Shown here: positions 19,683-29,695 of the stretch, one piece after another
Position numbering within the stretch: position 1 is the first letter of the stretch
Layout of the letters: every line of letters begins with the position of its first letter
IMG/VR virus record: IMGVR_UViG_3300032287_003712
Span: 3,429 to 67,428 of that record
Length of the DNA: 64,000 nt
From: a virus
Direction: 5' to 3' (one strand)
Notes under the pieces: model-generated
The model's input: only the letters and a program-made list of their open reading frames with translations
What the model was told of the DNA's origin: nothing
The model's database searches: none
Made by a program: the position numbers and the translations under genes

Positions 19683-20084
19683 TCAGAACGACGGCGGCAC
19701 AGACGTCATGCCACGCGCGGCCTTTAGAAACTGTTGAGTTTGTTCATAACGTTTTTCTTCAAGCAGCGCGTTCACAGCTTTTTCTATATATCGATCTGGG
19801 TTTGTTACAGCCGCCCCTTCTGATATAGCCCGTTCCGTGGGCGACAGCCTTCCGTTTTTAGCGGCTTTAACTGCTGTCATAACAACATCGGTCATGCCGG
19901 GCACGAAATCCGCGCCTCCCGTCACCGCCGATGCTGCCGCACCTCCTAAACCGGTTAAGATTGCCGCAGGAATTGCGCGTGGGGTGCCCGCATGTCTACC
20001 TAACGTCCCTGTTATTACGGCGTTTAAGACATCTCCTGCAAAAGGAACGCTACCTAAGAATTTCCCCGCCATTCGGAAATCCAT
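19683..20084 (-). CDS. hypothetical Gly/Ala-rich protein
   Basis: Probable start MDFRMAGK. Hydrophobic Gly/Ala segments. Confidence 0.5.
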   Translation of the reverse strand: MDFRMAGKFLGSVPFAGDVLNAVITGTLGRHAGTPRAIPAAILTGLGGAAASAVTGGADFVPGMTDVVMTAVKAAKNGRLSPTERAISEGAAVTNPDRYIEKAVNALLEEKRYEQTQQFLKAARGMTSVPPSF

Positions 20085-20153
20085 TAGTTTTCTGTAATCT
20101 GATACTTCTTCGATTAACACTGTAGCCTATACTGACCGAAGGCTTATGTTCAC

Positions 20154-20591
20154 ATGATGACTGCCTCCTTAGTTAAAGAGTACACGTTTACTCCCAACGG
20201 CGTTAAGGTCGAAGTCCTCGGCACGCATGATGACGGCGAGTACTTCATGGTGCGATCTTTAACTACCGGTAAAGTTTTTTTTGCCCATAAAAACCAGATC
20301 GTTGAGGAAGCTAAAGAAGTAGAAAGCTCGGAAAAACCCGTTAAGCAAAGGCGTGGTCGACAGATCGTTAAGCCCGAAGTGGCGGCTCACAACCGGATCA
20401 ATCTCAACGGCGCTACCCCGCAGCTCTTGACTCAAATTCTTAAAGGTATTGGCCTTAAGACTGCTATCGAAATCAAAGAACTGCAGCAATCTTTACCTGG
20501 CGAACGGTTTACTAAGTTAGATCAGCTGCGCGCTATTTCGCGTGTTGATTGGGATAGTGTTCTTGAAAGCGGTGACGTTTACGTAGAATAA
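20154..20591 (+). CDS. helix-hairpin-helix (ComEA-like) DNA-binding domain protein
   Basis: RINLNGAT..LL..ILKGIG.KTA.EI...F..LDQL motif. Confidence 0.7.
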   Translation: MMTASLVKEYTFTPNGVKVEVLGTHDDGEYFMVRSLTTGKVFFAHKNQIVEEAKEVESSEKPVKQRRGRQIVKPEVAAHNRINLNGATPQLLTQILKGIGLKTAIEIKELQQSLPGERFTKLDQLRAISRVDWDSVLESGDVYVE

Positions 20592-20614
20592 ATTTAATGA
20601 ACGCTTGCTGAGCC

Positions 20615-21235
20615 GTGGCTCCGTTATCGCCGCAAGAACTGGAGCAAATCCAGAGTTATTTATCGCAGCAAGGCGTTGTCTTCCAACCGGACACGACTGA
20701 CGCAACAAAGCGCGAGGTCGTATATGCGGCGATTAATCAGATAACCCGAAACCCGGCTCAGGTTTTTGGTTTTAAGCTCGACGACTTTAACTTTAGTCGT
20801 GTTGCATATCACTTAGGGTACAATATTGCTACCGTACCTGCTGGGGATTACGCCAGGCTAATTGAAGCTAGTCAGAGTATCCCCAGTGAGTTTTATTACG
20901 ATAAAATAGTTCAGCAAGTCGAGCGTTGTGAGGAGGCTGAGCGCTTAACTGAATTGGCAACGGGACGGGCAACCAGTCGCCAGGAGACAATTTTGGGCGA
21001 CGTCAGCCGCTCAATCAACATTCAAGATAAAAGAGAGACTGCAAAAATTTGGCGTGAAAACTATTTGTATGAGTGCGACCGGTTAGCACACATGCTTTAC
21101 GTTCCAAATTACCGAGACCCCGTGGCAGCTCGTTACAGATTTGAAAGAAGTGGCGGGGAGTTTATTCAAGCAATACCGGGTCCTCCTGATGTGTCTCGTT
21201 CTGATCGTCTGTACTTTTACGCAAACTGGCGATAA
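20615..21235 (+). CDS. hypothetical (possible head-completion) protein
   Basis: 206-aa helical ORF downstream of the capsid genes. Confidence 0.6.
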   Translation: MAPLSPQELEQIQSYLSQQGVVFQPDTTDATKREVVYAAINQITRNPAQVFGFKLDDFNFSRVAYHLGYNIATVPAGDYARLIEASQSIPSEFYYDKIVQQVERCEEAERLTELATGRATSRQETILGDVSRSINIQDKRETAKIWRENYLYECDRLAHMLYVPNYRDPVAARYRFERSGGEFIQAIPGPPDVSRSDRLYFYANWR

Positions 21236-21270
21236 ACGCTATATTTATCTAAGGACCGTGTAGCGTCGTA

Positions 21271-22938
21271 ATGTCCACGGAAGGCTGGTCAAAAGCCGTA
21301 GAACTAGGCATGGGGGTCATGCGGAACCCCCAAGTTTTACGCGCTCTTCAAAATGTTCCGGGCGCTACTGCCGAAGCGGTTTCGGACGCGTTAGAGAATT
21401 TCGGTCGGGCTGCCCGTGCTGGTCTGCTTGGACCTGACATCAAGAACAAAGTTACCTATGGCGGACCTCCTGTACCTGCAGGTCCAATTCCGACAAGGCG
21501 AGCAGAAGTTCAACAGCTTCCGTTAGCTTTACGGACCCGCGGTGGTAGGCCCGTTACAGGTTCCGCTCCGCGTCCAACGCCTCGTAACGCCGAGACTATC
21601 CGTCTATCTCGACAGCCCTCCGTGGCTGACACAGCTTCGTTTGAGCGGGCATATCGGCAATTGCGTCCGGGCGAAGCTCCGGGTCAACAAAATCTGTTTG
21701 CTGCCCCCGAACCACAGTTCCGTACAACTCCTCGGGAACTTCCCTCGTCGGAAGCTGCTAAGACTTTGTACGCGCAGCAGCCCGGCACTTATAACGCTAT
21801 TCAAACTCTGGCCGATCGAGCTTCGGCGCATTACGGCGTTCCTGTTACTTTTGATGATCTGGTTGGTCCTAAAGGTACTCTCATTCTTCAAGAATTAGAA
21901 TACGGGCCTTTAGCTATTCAGAAAGCTGCTGGTGGAGGCATGGTGCCTCCGTCTTCTGCCGGGCGTTTGGCTGAGTTTGAACCTGGCGGTCCGCTTACCG
22001 TTTCCCCTGGCGGTGCTTTAGGTCGTCCTGCTCCTGCCACCGCCAGCGCCGACAACATCATTGATCTGGATTACAGCGTTATTCGAGATCTTCCTCAAGG
22101 CATGCGTGGCGCAGTCCCGTCCGCTACCACCGATCTAGGCAAAACCGCATCTGGTGCTCGACTGAGCCGCGAACAGTTAATTGCTCTCGGCTTAGGAGCA
22201 GGCGCAGTGGGCGGAGGTACGCTTGCCAGTTACTTACGAGGAGGCGCCCCTCAAGGTCAACCCGAGCAACTTACCGAAGAGCAAATCCGAGGAGCTGCAG
22301 CGCAGTTGACCGAACAGCCAATGCCCGAAAGCGGGATTGGTTTACGTGAAGCCCCCGTCATGCCCGCCACCAGCGTGGCCGGTCAGATTGGCAGCGGGCC
22401 CGCTGTTATCCGTCAGGACGATCGCGAAAGTAACTACCGCCAAGCTCGGGCCAACGCGATTGCTGCGGCTCTTGGCAAACCAGGCGCACCGAAAGAAGCC
22501 GGCCAGTACGACAAAATCAGTAAATACTACGCCGAGCGTGAACGGTACGCTAAGCAACCCGAAATGCGAGCCGAGCTGGCTGCTAAGGCTGCCGCATTAG
22601 AAGGCATGCCGCCTAATGCGCTGCAGTGGGCTGCTGCCAACCCCACGCTGGCGTACGAATTACTTAAGCGCGCTAATTCGCGACCTGAGCTTTCGCAGCA
22701 AACTCCGCAACCGCAGGGCGCGACGGTCGGCACTCAGCTAGGCGACAACTCGCAAAACAATATGGTCGGCAATGCCCAAGCCGCTGCAGCTACCGCCGTG
22801 GAAGGTACCGCGGGCGCCTCAGATTTGGAAGATGCGACACGTCCATTAATTCGTCCGGCTCTTAATCGTGTTCCTCTCGGTGGCCGTTTTGTTCCCTTAG
22901 GCGGCTCGGCCGCATACCCCACCGTTCCTTTCGTTTGA
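21271..22938 (+). CDS. hypothetical Ala/Pro/Gly-rich protein (possible internal virion protein)
   Basis: 555-aa ORF with a short hydrophobic Gly-rich segment. Confidence 0.65.
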   Translation: MSTEGWSKAVELGMGVMRNPQVLRALQNVPGATAEAVSDALENFGRAARAGLLGPDIKNKVTYGGPPVPAGPIPTRRAEVQQLPLALRTRGGRPVTGSAPRPTPRNAETIRLSRQPSVADTASFERAYRQLRPGEAPGQQNLFAAPEPQFRTTPRELPSSEAAKTLYAQQPGTYNAIQTLADRASAHYGVPVTFDDLVGPKGTLILQELEYGPLAIQKAAGGGMVPPSSAGRLAEFEPGGPLTVSPGGALGRPAPATASADNIIDLDYSVIRDLPQGMRGAVPSATTDLGKTASGARLSREQLIALGLGAGAVGGGTLASYLRGGAPQGQPEQLTEEQIRGAAAQLTEQPMPESGIGLREAPVMPATSVAGQIGSGPAVIRQDDRESNYRQARANAIAAALGKPGAPKEAGQYDKISKYYAERERYAKQPEMRAELAAKAAALEGMPPNALQWAAANPTLAYELLKRANSRPELSQQTPQPQGATVGTQLGDNSQNNMVGNAQAAAATAVEGTAGASDLEDATRPLIRPALNRVPLGGRFVPLGGSAAYPTVPFV

Positions 22939-22947
22939 GCCAAAACA

Positions 22948-23382
22948 ATGACTCTGTTTCCTCCGACGACTCCTCTTCCTACGTTTGACCCGACTCTCCC
23001 GTCGCGTTTACCGGGCGGTCCCTCTGGGCAGTACAAGCCGGAAGTTCCGGCAATTTTTACACCTCAACCTGCCAGCCCAAAAATGCCCGGGTGGGGCGAG
23101 CAGCTCAACCAGTTTTTTACGGGAATTGGCCGTCTTGCCGGCGGCGTGGGCAGCGCAGTCGCTGCTTTTAAAGGAATGCCGATGGCTGGCGCTCAAATGA
23201 TGAGCCAGTTTGGTATGGACGACACCGGTGCGAAAACGCCCGAAGATAATGTTGCGAATTTAGAAAACGTCTTAAAAATTCTCCAGCAGTACGGCGTAAT
23301 TGGGTCTGGGTCTAAAGGCTCGGAATCCAAGAGCCCTGAGCTGACCTTAGATGTCGGCGCCGGCAACACTCGAATCGGCTGA
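22948..23382 (+). CDS. hypothetical protein
   Basis: 144-aa ORF within the operon. Confidence 0.6.
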   Translation: MTLFPPTTPLPTFDPTLPSRLPGGPSGQYKPEVPAIFTPQPASPKMPGWGEQLNQFFTGIGRLAGGVGSAVAAFKGMPMAGAQMMSQFGMDDTGAKTPEDNVANLENVLKILQQYGVIGSGSKGSESKSPELTLDVGAGNTRIG

Positions 23383-23416
23383 TCTTCAGATCTGTTCTCA
23401 AACCCCACGCGGATAA

Positions 23417-23971
23417 ATGGCCTCGACCTCCACTAACAAAAGCCCCTGTCTTATCGACCGCCCGTTTCTGCGTGGGGCTCGAATTACCAGTTCAACTGGT
23501 ACCTGTGATTCAACTAATCCGAATCTGACGGATCTGATTCAACTTGTTCGCGTCGGCGATCTGCCGTCCGAGGATGCGGCGCTAGTCGAAGACATCACCG
23601 TCGTTAGTAACGAAGGTTATCGCGACAACAGTGGCGTACGTACCTGCGAACTTGGCTTGTACGTTTATGCGCCTAATCAGGCTGCGCCTTCGACTTCGTC
23701 TGCGTTGATGATCGGGCGCGTCGAGGTCGGCTTAAGTGGTTCGACTCAAGGGTATCCACAGAGCGTGCAGTTGTTCGCAACTAACGCTCCGGTACCTCAA
23801 GTCGGCAACACGAACCTGTTGGCTCCAATTCAAATCGGTAAGAGCGAAGGGCTGTACTTAGAGAAGGGTTACATTCTCGCCGTGGGTTACTTAGGCGCGG
23901 GCCCTGCTGCTGTGTCTGGTGGTTTAAGTCCTTCTGGTATCACTGTGTGGGCTCAGGGCGGATTCTATTGA
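23417..23971 (+). CDS. putative virion structural protein
   Basis: Beta-rich, ends in AQGGFY. Confidence 0.6.
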   Translation: MASTSTNKSPCLIDRPFLRGARITSSTGTCDSTNPNLTDLIQLVRVGDLPSEDAALVEDITVVSNEGYRDNSGVRTCELGLYVYAPNQAAPSTSSALMIGRVEVGLSGSTQGYPQSVQLFATNAPVPQVGNTNLLAPIQIGKSEGLYLEKGYILAVGYLGAGPAAVSGGLSPSGITVWAQGGFY

Positions 23972-23972
23972 T

Positions 23973-25514
23973 ATGGGCCGCCGTAAGGGGTCTGATAATT
24001 TTGGTTTTCGCGAATTAAAAGCTACAAAAAGCGTAGAGCTGCCTAAAACTATACGAGGAGCGGATAACGTTCAAGAGTTATCTAATCCTCTTTCGTTCGA
24101 TCGCCGCTTTCGTCCGGCGTTAAATACAAAGGATTTCAGTTTAGTTAGCGAGTACGATTACGCGTCGCTTTGGACTCGTTGGCGCCGTGGCTATGAGTTA
24201 GCCATGTACTCGCAGCAGGCTTACGACGGCCTTACGTATTCGTTTAAGTACTATCCGACAGGCACAACCGGCGTAGGTGTTTACCTGCCTGGAGTCTGTT
24301 TTATGTACCCGACGATGCGCTCGGATATGCGCATGTGGATGGTCGGCGTCCGCCCCCGTAATTCTTTCAACTTCTTAGACGTCGGTTACTCCATAACTTC
24401 TGTAACGCAATACGACGACAGCACATACGCTGTTCGGCTAAGTTCCAGGTTTGGTGCTCCTGTCTCCTTTTTTACTGGAGAAGTCGTTTCTAATAAGTTT
24501 AACGCGGACGGTACAGAGAAAGCGTACAACTACAATAATTACACAGTTACAGCAGTTGGTATAAACGATGTACCAAGGTCTCCTACGTATGCCCCTATAT
24601 TCAATACTTTATTTTTATCTGTTGCGAGAGATAAAAGCTGGTCTGTCGTCGACGCGAATACGCTAGCGGTTCCTGCCACGGGTGCTCCCCTCGTAGGCGA
24701 ATACTTGACTACGGAGATGCGGGCACAGTGCACCTGTCCAGACTTCTTAAGTCGCGAAAATGTAAATCTCTGGGAAACAAGTCTCAAGAAACGATATCCG
24801 TTTACTCGTGTTCAGAACTTGGACCCCGGTATTTACGACGCCGGTGCCGGGCGTACGCCCCGCGTGGTCAACGCTCCGGACGACCCCGGTTTTGCACGTT
24901 CCTTTGGTTTTATATACCTCAACCAAATTTACGATATTCCCAAGTTCGATGAGCGCCCTTACTCAGATCCTAACGTTTATTACTACCAGCCTAAATGGTG
25001 CAAACACATATATGCTGCTATGTGGGACATGCAGTTGCGTTACAACCAACAAAACGCAACATCTCCGTGGGTGTTACATCAACCAAGTGACGAACCTTTA
25101 AACGAGTACTACCGAGAAAAGTTCGACAAAGATTTAGCTAAACAGTCTGATTTTTTAGAGAGGGAGAGAAATCTGGTTTGGTGGCAGCGGCACAGTCCTG
25201 CTAAGGACGCTATGCCTAATCGGATGATGAAATCCGATATGTATAACATGATGAGTAAAACATTAAACTCAGGCGATTTAGACAGCTTAAACGAACTTAG
25301 AGCGCCTTCGTTTGAGATGTATACATTTGATGAGTTTAATCCGTTTGAGCCTATTACGTTGACTGGACTTCAAGTTTATGACGGAGGCACATATACTGCA
25401 GGCTCTAACGTCGTGTATCCTGGGTCGCCGGTTCGAACGCTTGACGGCAGCACATACGCTAACGGAACTCAAATCCCGCCTCTTGCGTATTCTCTGAACG
25501 GAGGAACTTACTAA
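23973..25514 (+). CDS. protein with split SWIM-like zinc finger
   Basis: CTCPDF ... WCKHIYA, with C-terminal DGGTY-like repeats. Confidence 0.6.
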   Translation: MGRRKGSDNFGFRELKATKSVELPKTIRGADNVQELSNPLSFDRRFRPALNTKDFSLVSEYDYASLWTRWRRGYELAMYSQQAYDGLTYSFKYYPTGTTGVGVYLPGVCFMYPTMRSDMRMWMVGVRPRNSFNFLDVGYSITSVTQYDDSTYAVRLSSRFGAPVSFFTGEVVSNKFNADGTEKAYNYNNYTVTAVGINDVPRSPTYAPIFNTLFLSVARDKSWSVVDANTLAVPATGAPLVGEYLTTEMRAQCTCPDFLSRENVNLWETSLKKRYPFTRVQNLDPGIYDAGAGRTPRVVNAPDDPGFARSFGFIYLNQIYDIPKFDERPYSDPNVYYYQPKWCKHIYAAMWDMQLRYNQQNATSPWVLHQPSDEPLNEYYREKFDKDLAKQSDFLERERNLVWWQRHSPAKDAMPNRMMKSDMYNMMSKTLNSGDLDSLNELRAPSFEMYTFDEFNPFEPITLTGLQVYDGGTYTAGSNVVYPGSPVRTLDGSTYANGTQIPPLAYSLNGGTY

Positions 25515-26260
25515 TGACTTCCACACCTGTTGTATTTCTATTAAAAAGATCTGGTCTCGCGTCAGATAGACCTAGCGGTACGATCTTGACGCCCGGCGAA
25601 CCGGCAATTTGTTTCGCCGCCGTGGATCCCGGCGTCTATTTTGAAGATTCTGCCGGCTCTATTCGAAAAGTTGGACCGCCGCACTACGGCACTTCCGGAC
25701 CTAACTCCACGCCGGCAGGGCTTCCTGGAAACTCAATCGGCGAATTATGGACTGACTCAAACGGCGGTTACGCATATTTAAAAGTTTGGACCGGCGCAGC
25801 TTGGAAGAAAGTTGATTCCGGATACGCCGATGTCGCCGGTACAGCGCTCAGTGGAACGTTTGCTTCACAAGCCGATACAGCAATTCTGGCGTCAGGCGCT
25901 GTACTTGCGTCAGGAGCTATTGGAGCACGTATTGCATCAGGTACCTTAATTGCGTCAGGTGCTATAACTGCTAATACAGCAACGCTTTCTTCGGGTTCGG
26001 TCTTAGCCTCTGGCGCAATCGGTGCGTTCTTAGCTTCGGGCGCAATTAGCGCATCAGGTGCTGTTTCGGCTAATACAGCAACCTTGGCATCCGGTTGCAT
26101 ACTGGCCTCAGGAGTTGTTGCTGGAGCCAGCGTGGTTAGTAGCGGACTACCTACAGCAGCAAGCTACCCGTCAGGCACCTTCTACTACACGGTGTATGGA
26201 TCCGGTGCGTTCACAGCCGGACTCTACATTCGTGCCTCGGATACCTGGCTTCTGGTTTAA
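25514..26260 (+). CDS. fibre-like virion protein with ASG repeats
   Basis: LLKRS...P...GE N-terminus, GELW.D..LKVW.G..W, then (L/I)ASGA repeats. Confidence 0.65.
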   Translation: MTSTPVVFLLKRSGLASDRPSGTILTPGEPAICFAAVDPGVYFEDSAGSIRKVGPPHYGTSGPNSTPAGLPGNSIGELWTDSNGGYAYLKVWTGAAWKKVDSGYADVAGTALSGTFASQADTAILASGAVLASGAIGARIASGTLIASGAITANTATLSSGSVLASGAIGAFLASGAISASGAVSANTATLASGCILASGVVAGASVVSSGLPTAASYPSGTFYYTVYGSGAFTAGLYIRASDTWLLV

Positions 26261-26787
26261 TTCCTGAGAGTGCTCTTGAGGAACCACGAGGCTTTGAAGC
26301 TTGCCCCGACTAAGTCGGCCATGTAGTTCTCGACGTCAGGCGCTTGAACCTTTCGAGCCAGTGTGCCTACGTCTTTTGCCATGAAGCCACAGGTCTCAAG
26401 ATTTTTCAAATAAACCGTTAGGGCTTCGCGGGCTTCGTAAGATTTAACGTGCTTAAAGCCCTTGTATGCCGTCAGCAAACCTCGCTGACACATCGGCATA
26501 AGGAAGTCCATCGACCGCACGAACTCAGCAATGGCGTCGAACTGAGTAATGTGTGCGTCGTACTGACCTTTTAAGAACTCGTGGATGGGTAGAAAAAGCG
26601 GCCCCTCGATGTTTAAGTGAATTAAGTGACTCTGTGTGTAGAGCTGGTGTACATACGACGAAAGAGACACCAGCGAGAGGATTAATTCCTCCACTGGTGC
26701 CTCGGTTTCGACTTCCGGGCCTTCGTTGGGCTCAACTTCCCCGTCTGTAGGAACCTGAGCCGTGTTGAAAGAACCGGAAAACGTCAT
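26257..26787 (-). CDS. dps: Dps/ferritin-like protein
   Basis: H.NIEG..F..IH.FL..QY.....D.IAE..R Dps ferroxidase pattern and C-terminal K..WFL. Confidence 0.75.
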   Translation of the reverse strand: MTFSGSFNTAQVPTDGEVEPNEGPEVETEAPVEELILSLVSLSSYVHQLYTQSHLIHLNIEGPLFLPIHEFLKGQYDAHITQFDAIAEFVRSMDFLMPMCQRGLLTAYKGFKHVKSYEAREALTVYLKNLETCGFMAKDVGTLARKVQAPDVENYMADLVGASFKASWFLKSTLRN

Positions 26788-26795
26788 GATCTAGC

Positions 26796-27059
26796 TCAAA
26801 TGGTGCAGTTAGCTGCCGTGGCAACCTCGTCTTCTACTTTAGTGGCAGAAGAACTCTTGAGGTAATCCTCCAGAGCGCTCTTGTTGACACGGTACAGGGA
26901 CTTGGCGCCGTTGGGCTGCAGGTTCACGTACACCGACTTGGGCCAACCGCCAGGCTGACTCGCTTCAGATAACGCAATGCGCTTGCGGACAAAACCGGAG
27001 CTGCAGTTCAGTAATTCAGCTGTTTCTGCGATGGTGAGGAGAGATTTACCTTCCGACAT
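26796..27059 (-). CDS. excisionase-like helix-turn-helix DNA-binding protein
   Basis: LLTIAETAELLNCS..FVRKRI...YRV.K.ALEDYL pattern. Confidence 0.7.
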   Translation of the reverse strand: MSEGKSLLTIAETAELLNCSSGFVRKRIALSEASQPGGWPKSVYVNLQPNGAKSLYRVNKSALEDYLKSSSATKVEDEVATAANCTI

Positions 27060-27188
27060 TAGAGAAGCGGAATAAAAGCAACGGCTATATATTACCTTTA
27101 TTTGCTGTGTGCGCAAGCGTATGTGCCAAACCTAATGCCTTTTTTATGTTTCGGTTGGTATGCTTGTAAGAGCCACCTGAGACCAAAA

Positions 27189-27434
27189 ATGATTCGGCTA
27201 GCAGGAGAGGTCTTTAAAGGGTACAATCAGCCGAAACGAGACGTTCAAAGCGGCAAAGAGTACTCCGTGGCAGCTAAAGAAGGCAATACGGTGCGCCTAG
27301 TCCGCTTTGGCGACCCCAACATGAAGAACCGCAGCAACGAACCGGACCGTAAAGCTGCGTTCAGGTCTCGCCACAGCTGTGACGAGCAAAAAAGCAAACT
27401 GAGCGCAGGATACTGGTCCTGTAAAAACTGGTAA
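27189..27434 (+). CDS. conserved small phage protein
   Basis: VRFGDPNM...RKAAFRSRH.C......SAGYWSCK.W pattern. Starts MIRLAG. Confidence 0.7.
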   Translation: MIRLAGEVFKGYNQPKRDVQSGKEYSVAAKEGNTVRLVRFGDPNMKNRSNEPDRKAAFRSRHSCDEQKSKLSAGYWSCKNW

Positions 27435-27553
27435 ATTTGTACCTTTTGTGATCTGGGTACAGTGGTCCCTGCGCGTCGCCTGGCGATACTGGTCGAAGTG
27501 TTGTCGCTCAGCTACCTTGACACGGTTAAACTGAGAGTACTTGGAGTCCTTTT

Positions 27554-27805
27554 ATGGCTTCGCGTAAAGGGGGGAACATCGAATGCGGGCTTACGCTCGA
27601 AGACGAATTTGTGTTGACTCGAATCAGAGCCAAAGCTCACTCGTTAAAAAGCAAAGACCGAGATTCGTATCTTTGGAAGACTATTCTTAAATTAATATGT
27701 ACAGAGCGCGCTTATAAGACTGTTTTAAAAGAAGTCGGCGTCCGCGTGGATACAAATATCAATTTATTCGACGACGAAGACACCCAGCCTGCTGATCATG
27801 CCTGA
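27554..27805 (+). CDS. NblA-like protein (putative phycobilisome degradation adaptor)
   Basis: LTLEDEF.L...(helix)...L..L...ERAYK.VLK resembles the NblA pattern. GGAG RBS. Confidence 0.45.
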   Translation: MASRKGGNIECGLTLEDEFVLTRIRAKAHSLKSKDRDSYLWKTILKLICTERAYKTVLKEVGVRVDTNINLFDDEDTQPADHA

Positions 27806-29162
27806 CACAACCAGCCGCCGTCTCGGTCTTACTCCTGCTGAACGTAATGCTCTAATTCTGCTTAGCGGACTTGAGGCTCATCGCGGAGGCGCTGGTCGGG
27901 ATATTGCTGCTGTTACTGCCAACGTTATCAACCGACGGTTAAGCGGTAAATATCCGGTCAATATTTTAAATATTGCTAAACAGCCGAACCAGTACGCTGC
28001 TGTGTTTCCCTACACGATGCAGCAAATTAGCGACCCTACTTTCGGTCGTAGGTTGCTCGGCAAAGAGTACGACAGGGTTGCGGCGGTTGTTGATAATCCG
28101 TCTTTAATTGCACAGGAGATTAAGAATCTTAGAGGTGCTACAGAGTTTAGGGGACAGGCCAACTTAAAATATAAAAAGCCAGAAGATTACATGGCGGATC
28201 CCCGCGGTAACTTCTATTTCAATTTCAGTCCAGATATTCAACAGAAAGGTTTAAAACTCTTCGGATCGCCTACGCAAGCTCCGACCTCCGCCGCTCCTGT
28301 ACCTAGTCAAAACCCCTCAGTTTCTCCTGGCGCACCGGCCCCCGCACTGTTTGACCTAAAAGGAGCGATCAAAAAATTCTTGCTGCGTTCTTCTATAGAA
28401 GGTCTTGCGGCCCCCACCGTGGGCGCAGGGGCAATTGCTCTGCAGCAAGAGGCCGACGCTCTGCGAGATAGCGGTAACGACAATGCGGCGGACATTAAAG
28501 AGTCGCAGGTGATGTCCAGTCTGTTAAGCGATACTCAGAAAGAAACAGGGCTCAGTCCGTCCAGTTTAATACAGGGTTTGCTTGATATTAAGCTACAGCA
28601 ACGAGAGTATAATAATGCAATTGAAGGTTCGTCTCAGAATTTAACCGCGAGTCAAACTGCCCAAGGCATCGGAACAAATGCCGCAACCGGTGCTCGAATG
28701 GCTCAAGGCATCTCTTATCCGGGAGCTGTGGTCACGTCGCCAAGGGATGTTACTGGCGAACCCGGACTTGATTTTGCTTTAGCAGGCGGTCGCGGCGCGA
28801 TGTTTGCATCGCCTTTTCGAGCGCAAGTTTTAAAAGTTGTTCGAGAAGCCAATTCGGCTAATCGCGGACCCGGCGGCCGTGGCTATGGAAATTATGTGGA
28901 ATTGCGAGGGGTTACGCCCGAAGGGAAACCTTTCGATACCCTGATCGCTCACTTCGATCAACTTAATCCGAATCTTCGCCCAGGCATGACCATTGAACCT
29001 GGAACTCGAATCGGAACCCAAGGAGAAACTGGACGGGCTACTGGTCCTCATATTTCGATGGATTTCTTCGATCCTGGCAAACCATCCGCAAGCAGTGATA
29101 TTTTGAGGCTACGTGACATTGTTGCTAGTAGAATACAAAAAGGATTATCACCGTTTGGATAA
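27798..29162 (+). CDS. virion-associated cell-wall hydrolase: SleB-like N-terminus and degenerate M23 peptidase C-terminus
   Basis: ANVINR...QPNQY...GATEFR, then GLDFA, GYGNYVEL, AH and G.TG.ATGPH. Confidence 0.65.
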   Translation: MPDTTSRRLGLTPAERNALILLSGLEAHRGGAGRDIAAVTANVINRRLSGKYPVNILNIAKQPNQYAAVFPYTMQQISDPTFGRRLLGKEYDRVAAVVDNPSLIAQEIKNLRGATEFRGQANLKYKKPEDYMADPRGNFYFNFSPDIQQKGLKLFGSPTQAPTSAAPVPSQNPSVSPGAPAPALFDLKGAIKKFLLRSSIEGLAAPTVGAGAIALQQEADALRDSGNDNAADIKESQVMSSLLSDTQKETGLSPSSLIQGLLDIKLQQREYNNAIEGSSQNLTASQTAQGIGTNAATGARMAQGISYPGAVVTSPRDVTGEPGLDFALAGGRGAMFASPFRAQVLKVVREANSANRGPGGRGYGNYVELRGVTPEGKPFDTLIAHFDQLNPNLRPGMTIEPGTRIGTQGETGRATGPHISMDFFDPGKPSASSDILRLRDIVASRIQKGLSPFG

Positions 29163-29695
29163 TGGGCTTATTTGGTCCGTCTCCTCAGGAGCAGGCTCGT
29201 CAGGCCGTCGAAAAAGCTAAAGAGGCTCAAAAGAAATCTGCAAGCTATCTGAAAAAAGAGAACAAAAGCATTCGTCAGAAGTACAGGAGTTTAAAGCAAG
29301 AGGTATCGACTCTTACGGGTCTTGCTCCTAAAGAGGCAGCGCAGGGCTTTAACGAAAATTTCTATAAAACTATTGCAGGTATTGGTGCTGCGTATGCGGG
29401 TCAGCTTGCGAAGTACGATCCAAACGTTCTTGGCTCTCAGTCCGCTAGACGTTTTGCAGGAGCCGTAAATGCCTCTCTGAAAGATTACACTACTCGATTG
29501 AATGCTGTGAGTCGCGAGGGCAGTGCGCGCATGTATCAGGCTTTGGCCGCTCCTATTGCGCAGTTTCAAAGGATCGCTCAAGACCCTGCTTTCAATAACT
29601 TAATGGATACTACTTACATGGAGTACGCCAAGAATCCGCCTACTGTTACTAGCGATGTAGAGTCTATGAAGAATCTCTACACGTACAATGTCTGA
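29162..29695 (+). CDS. hypothetical helical protein
   Basis: Coupled ORF with MGLFG start. Confidence 0.65.
   Translation: MGLFGPSPQEQARQAVEKAKEAQKKSASYLKKENKSIRQKYRSLKQEVSTLTGLAPKEAAQGFNENFYKTIAGIGAAYAGQLAKYDPNVLGSQSARRFAGAVNASLKDYTTRLNAVSREGSARMYQALAAPIAQFQRIAQDPAFNNLMDTTYMEYAKNPPTVTSDVESMKNLYTYNV

Noticed and set aside
26796-27059. Excisionase implying lysogeny or a prophage
   Set aside because: No integrase, att site or host genes in the window. The HTH alone is insufficient.
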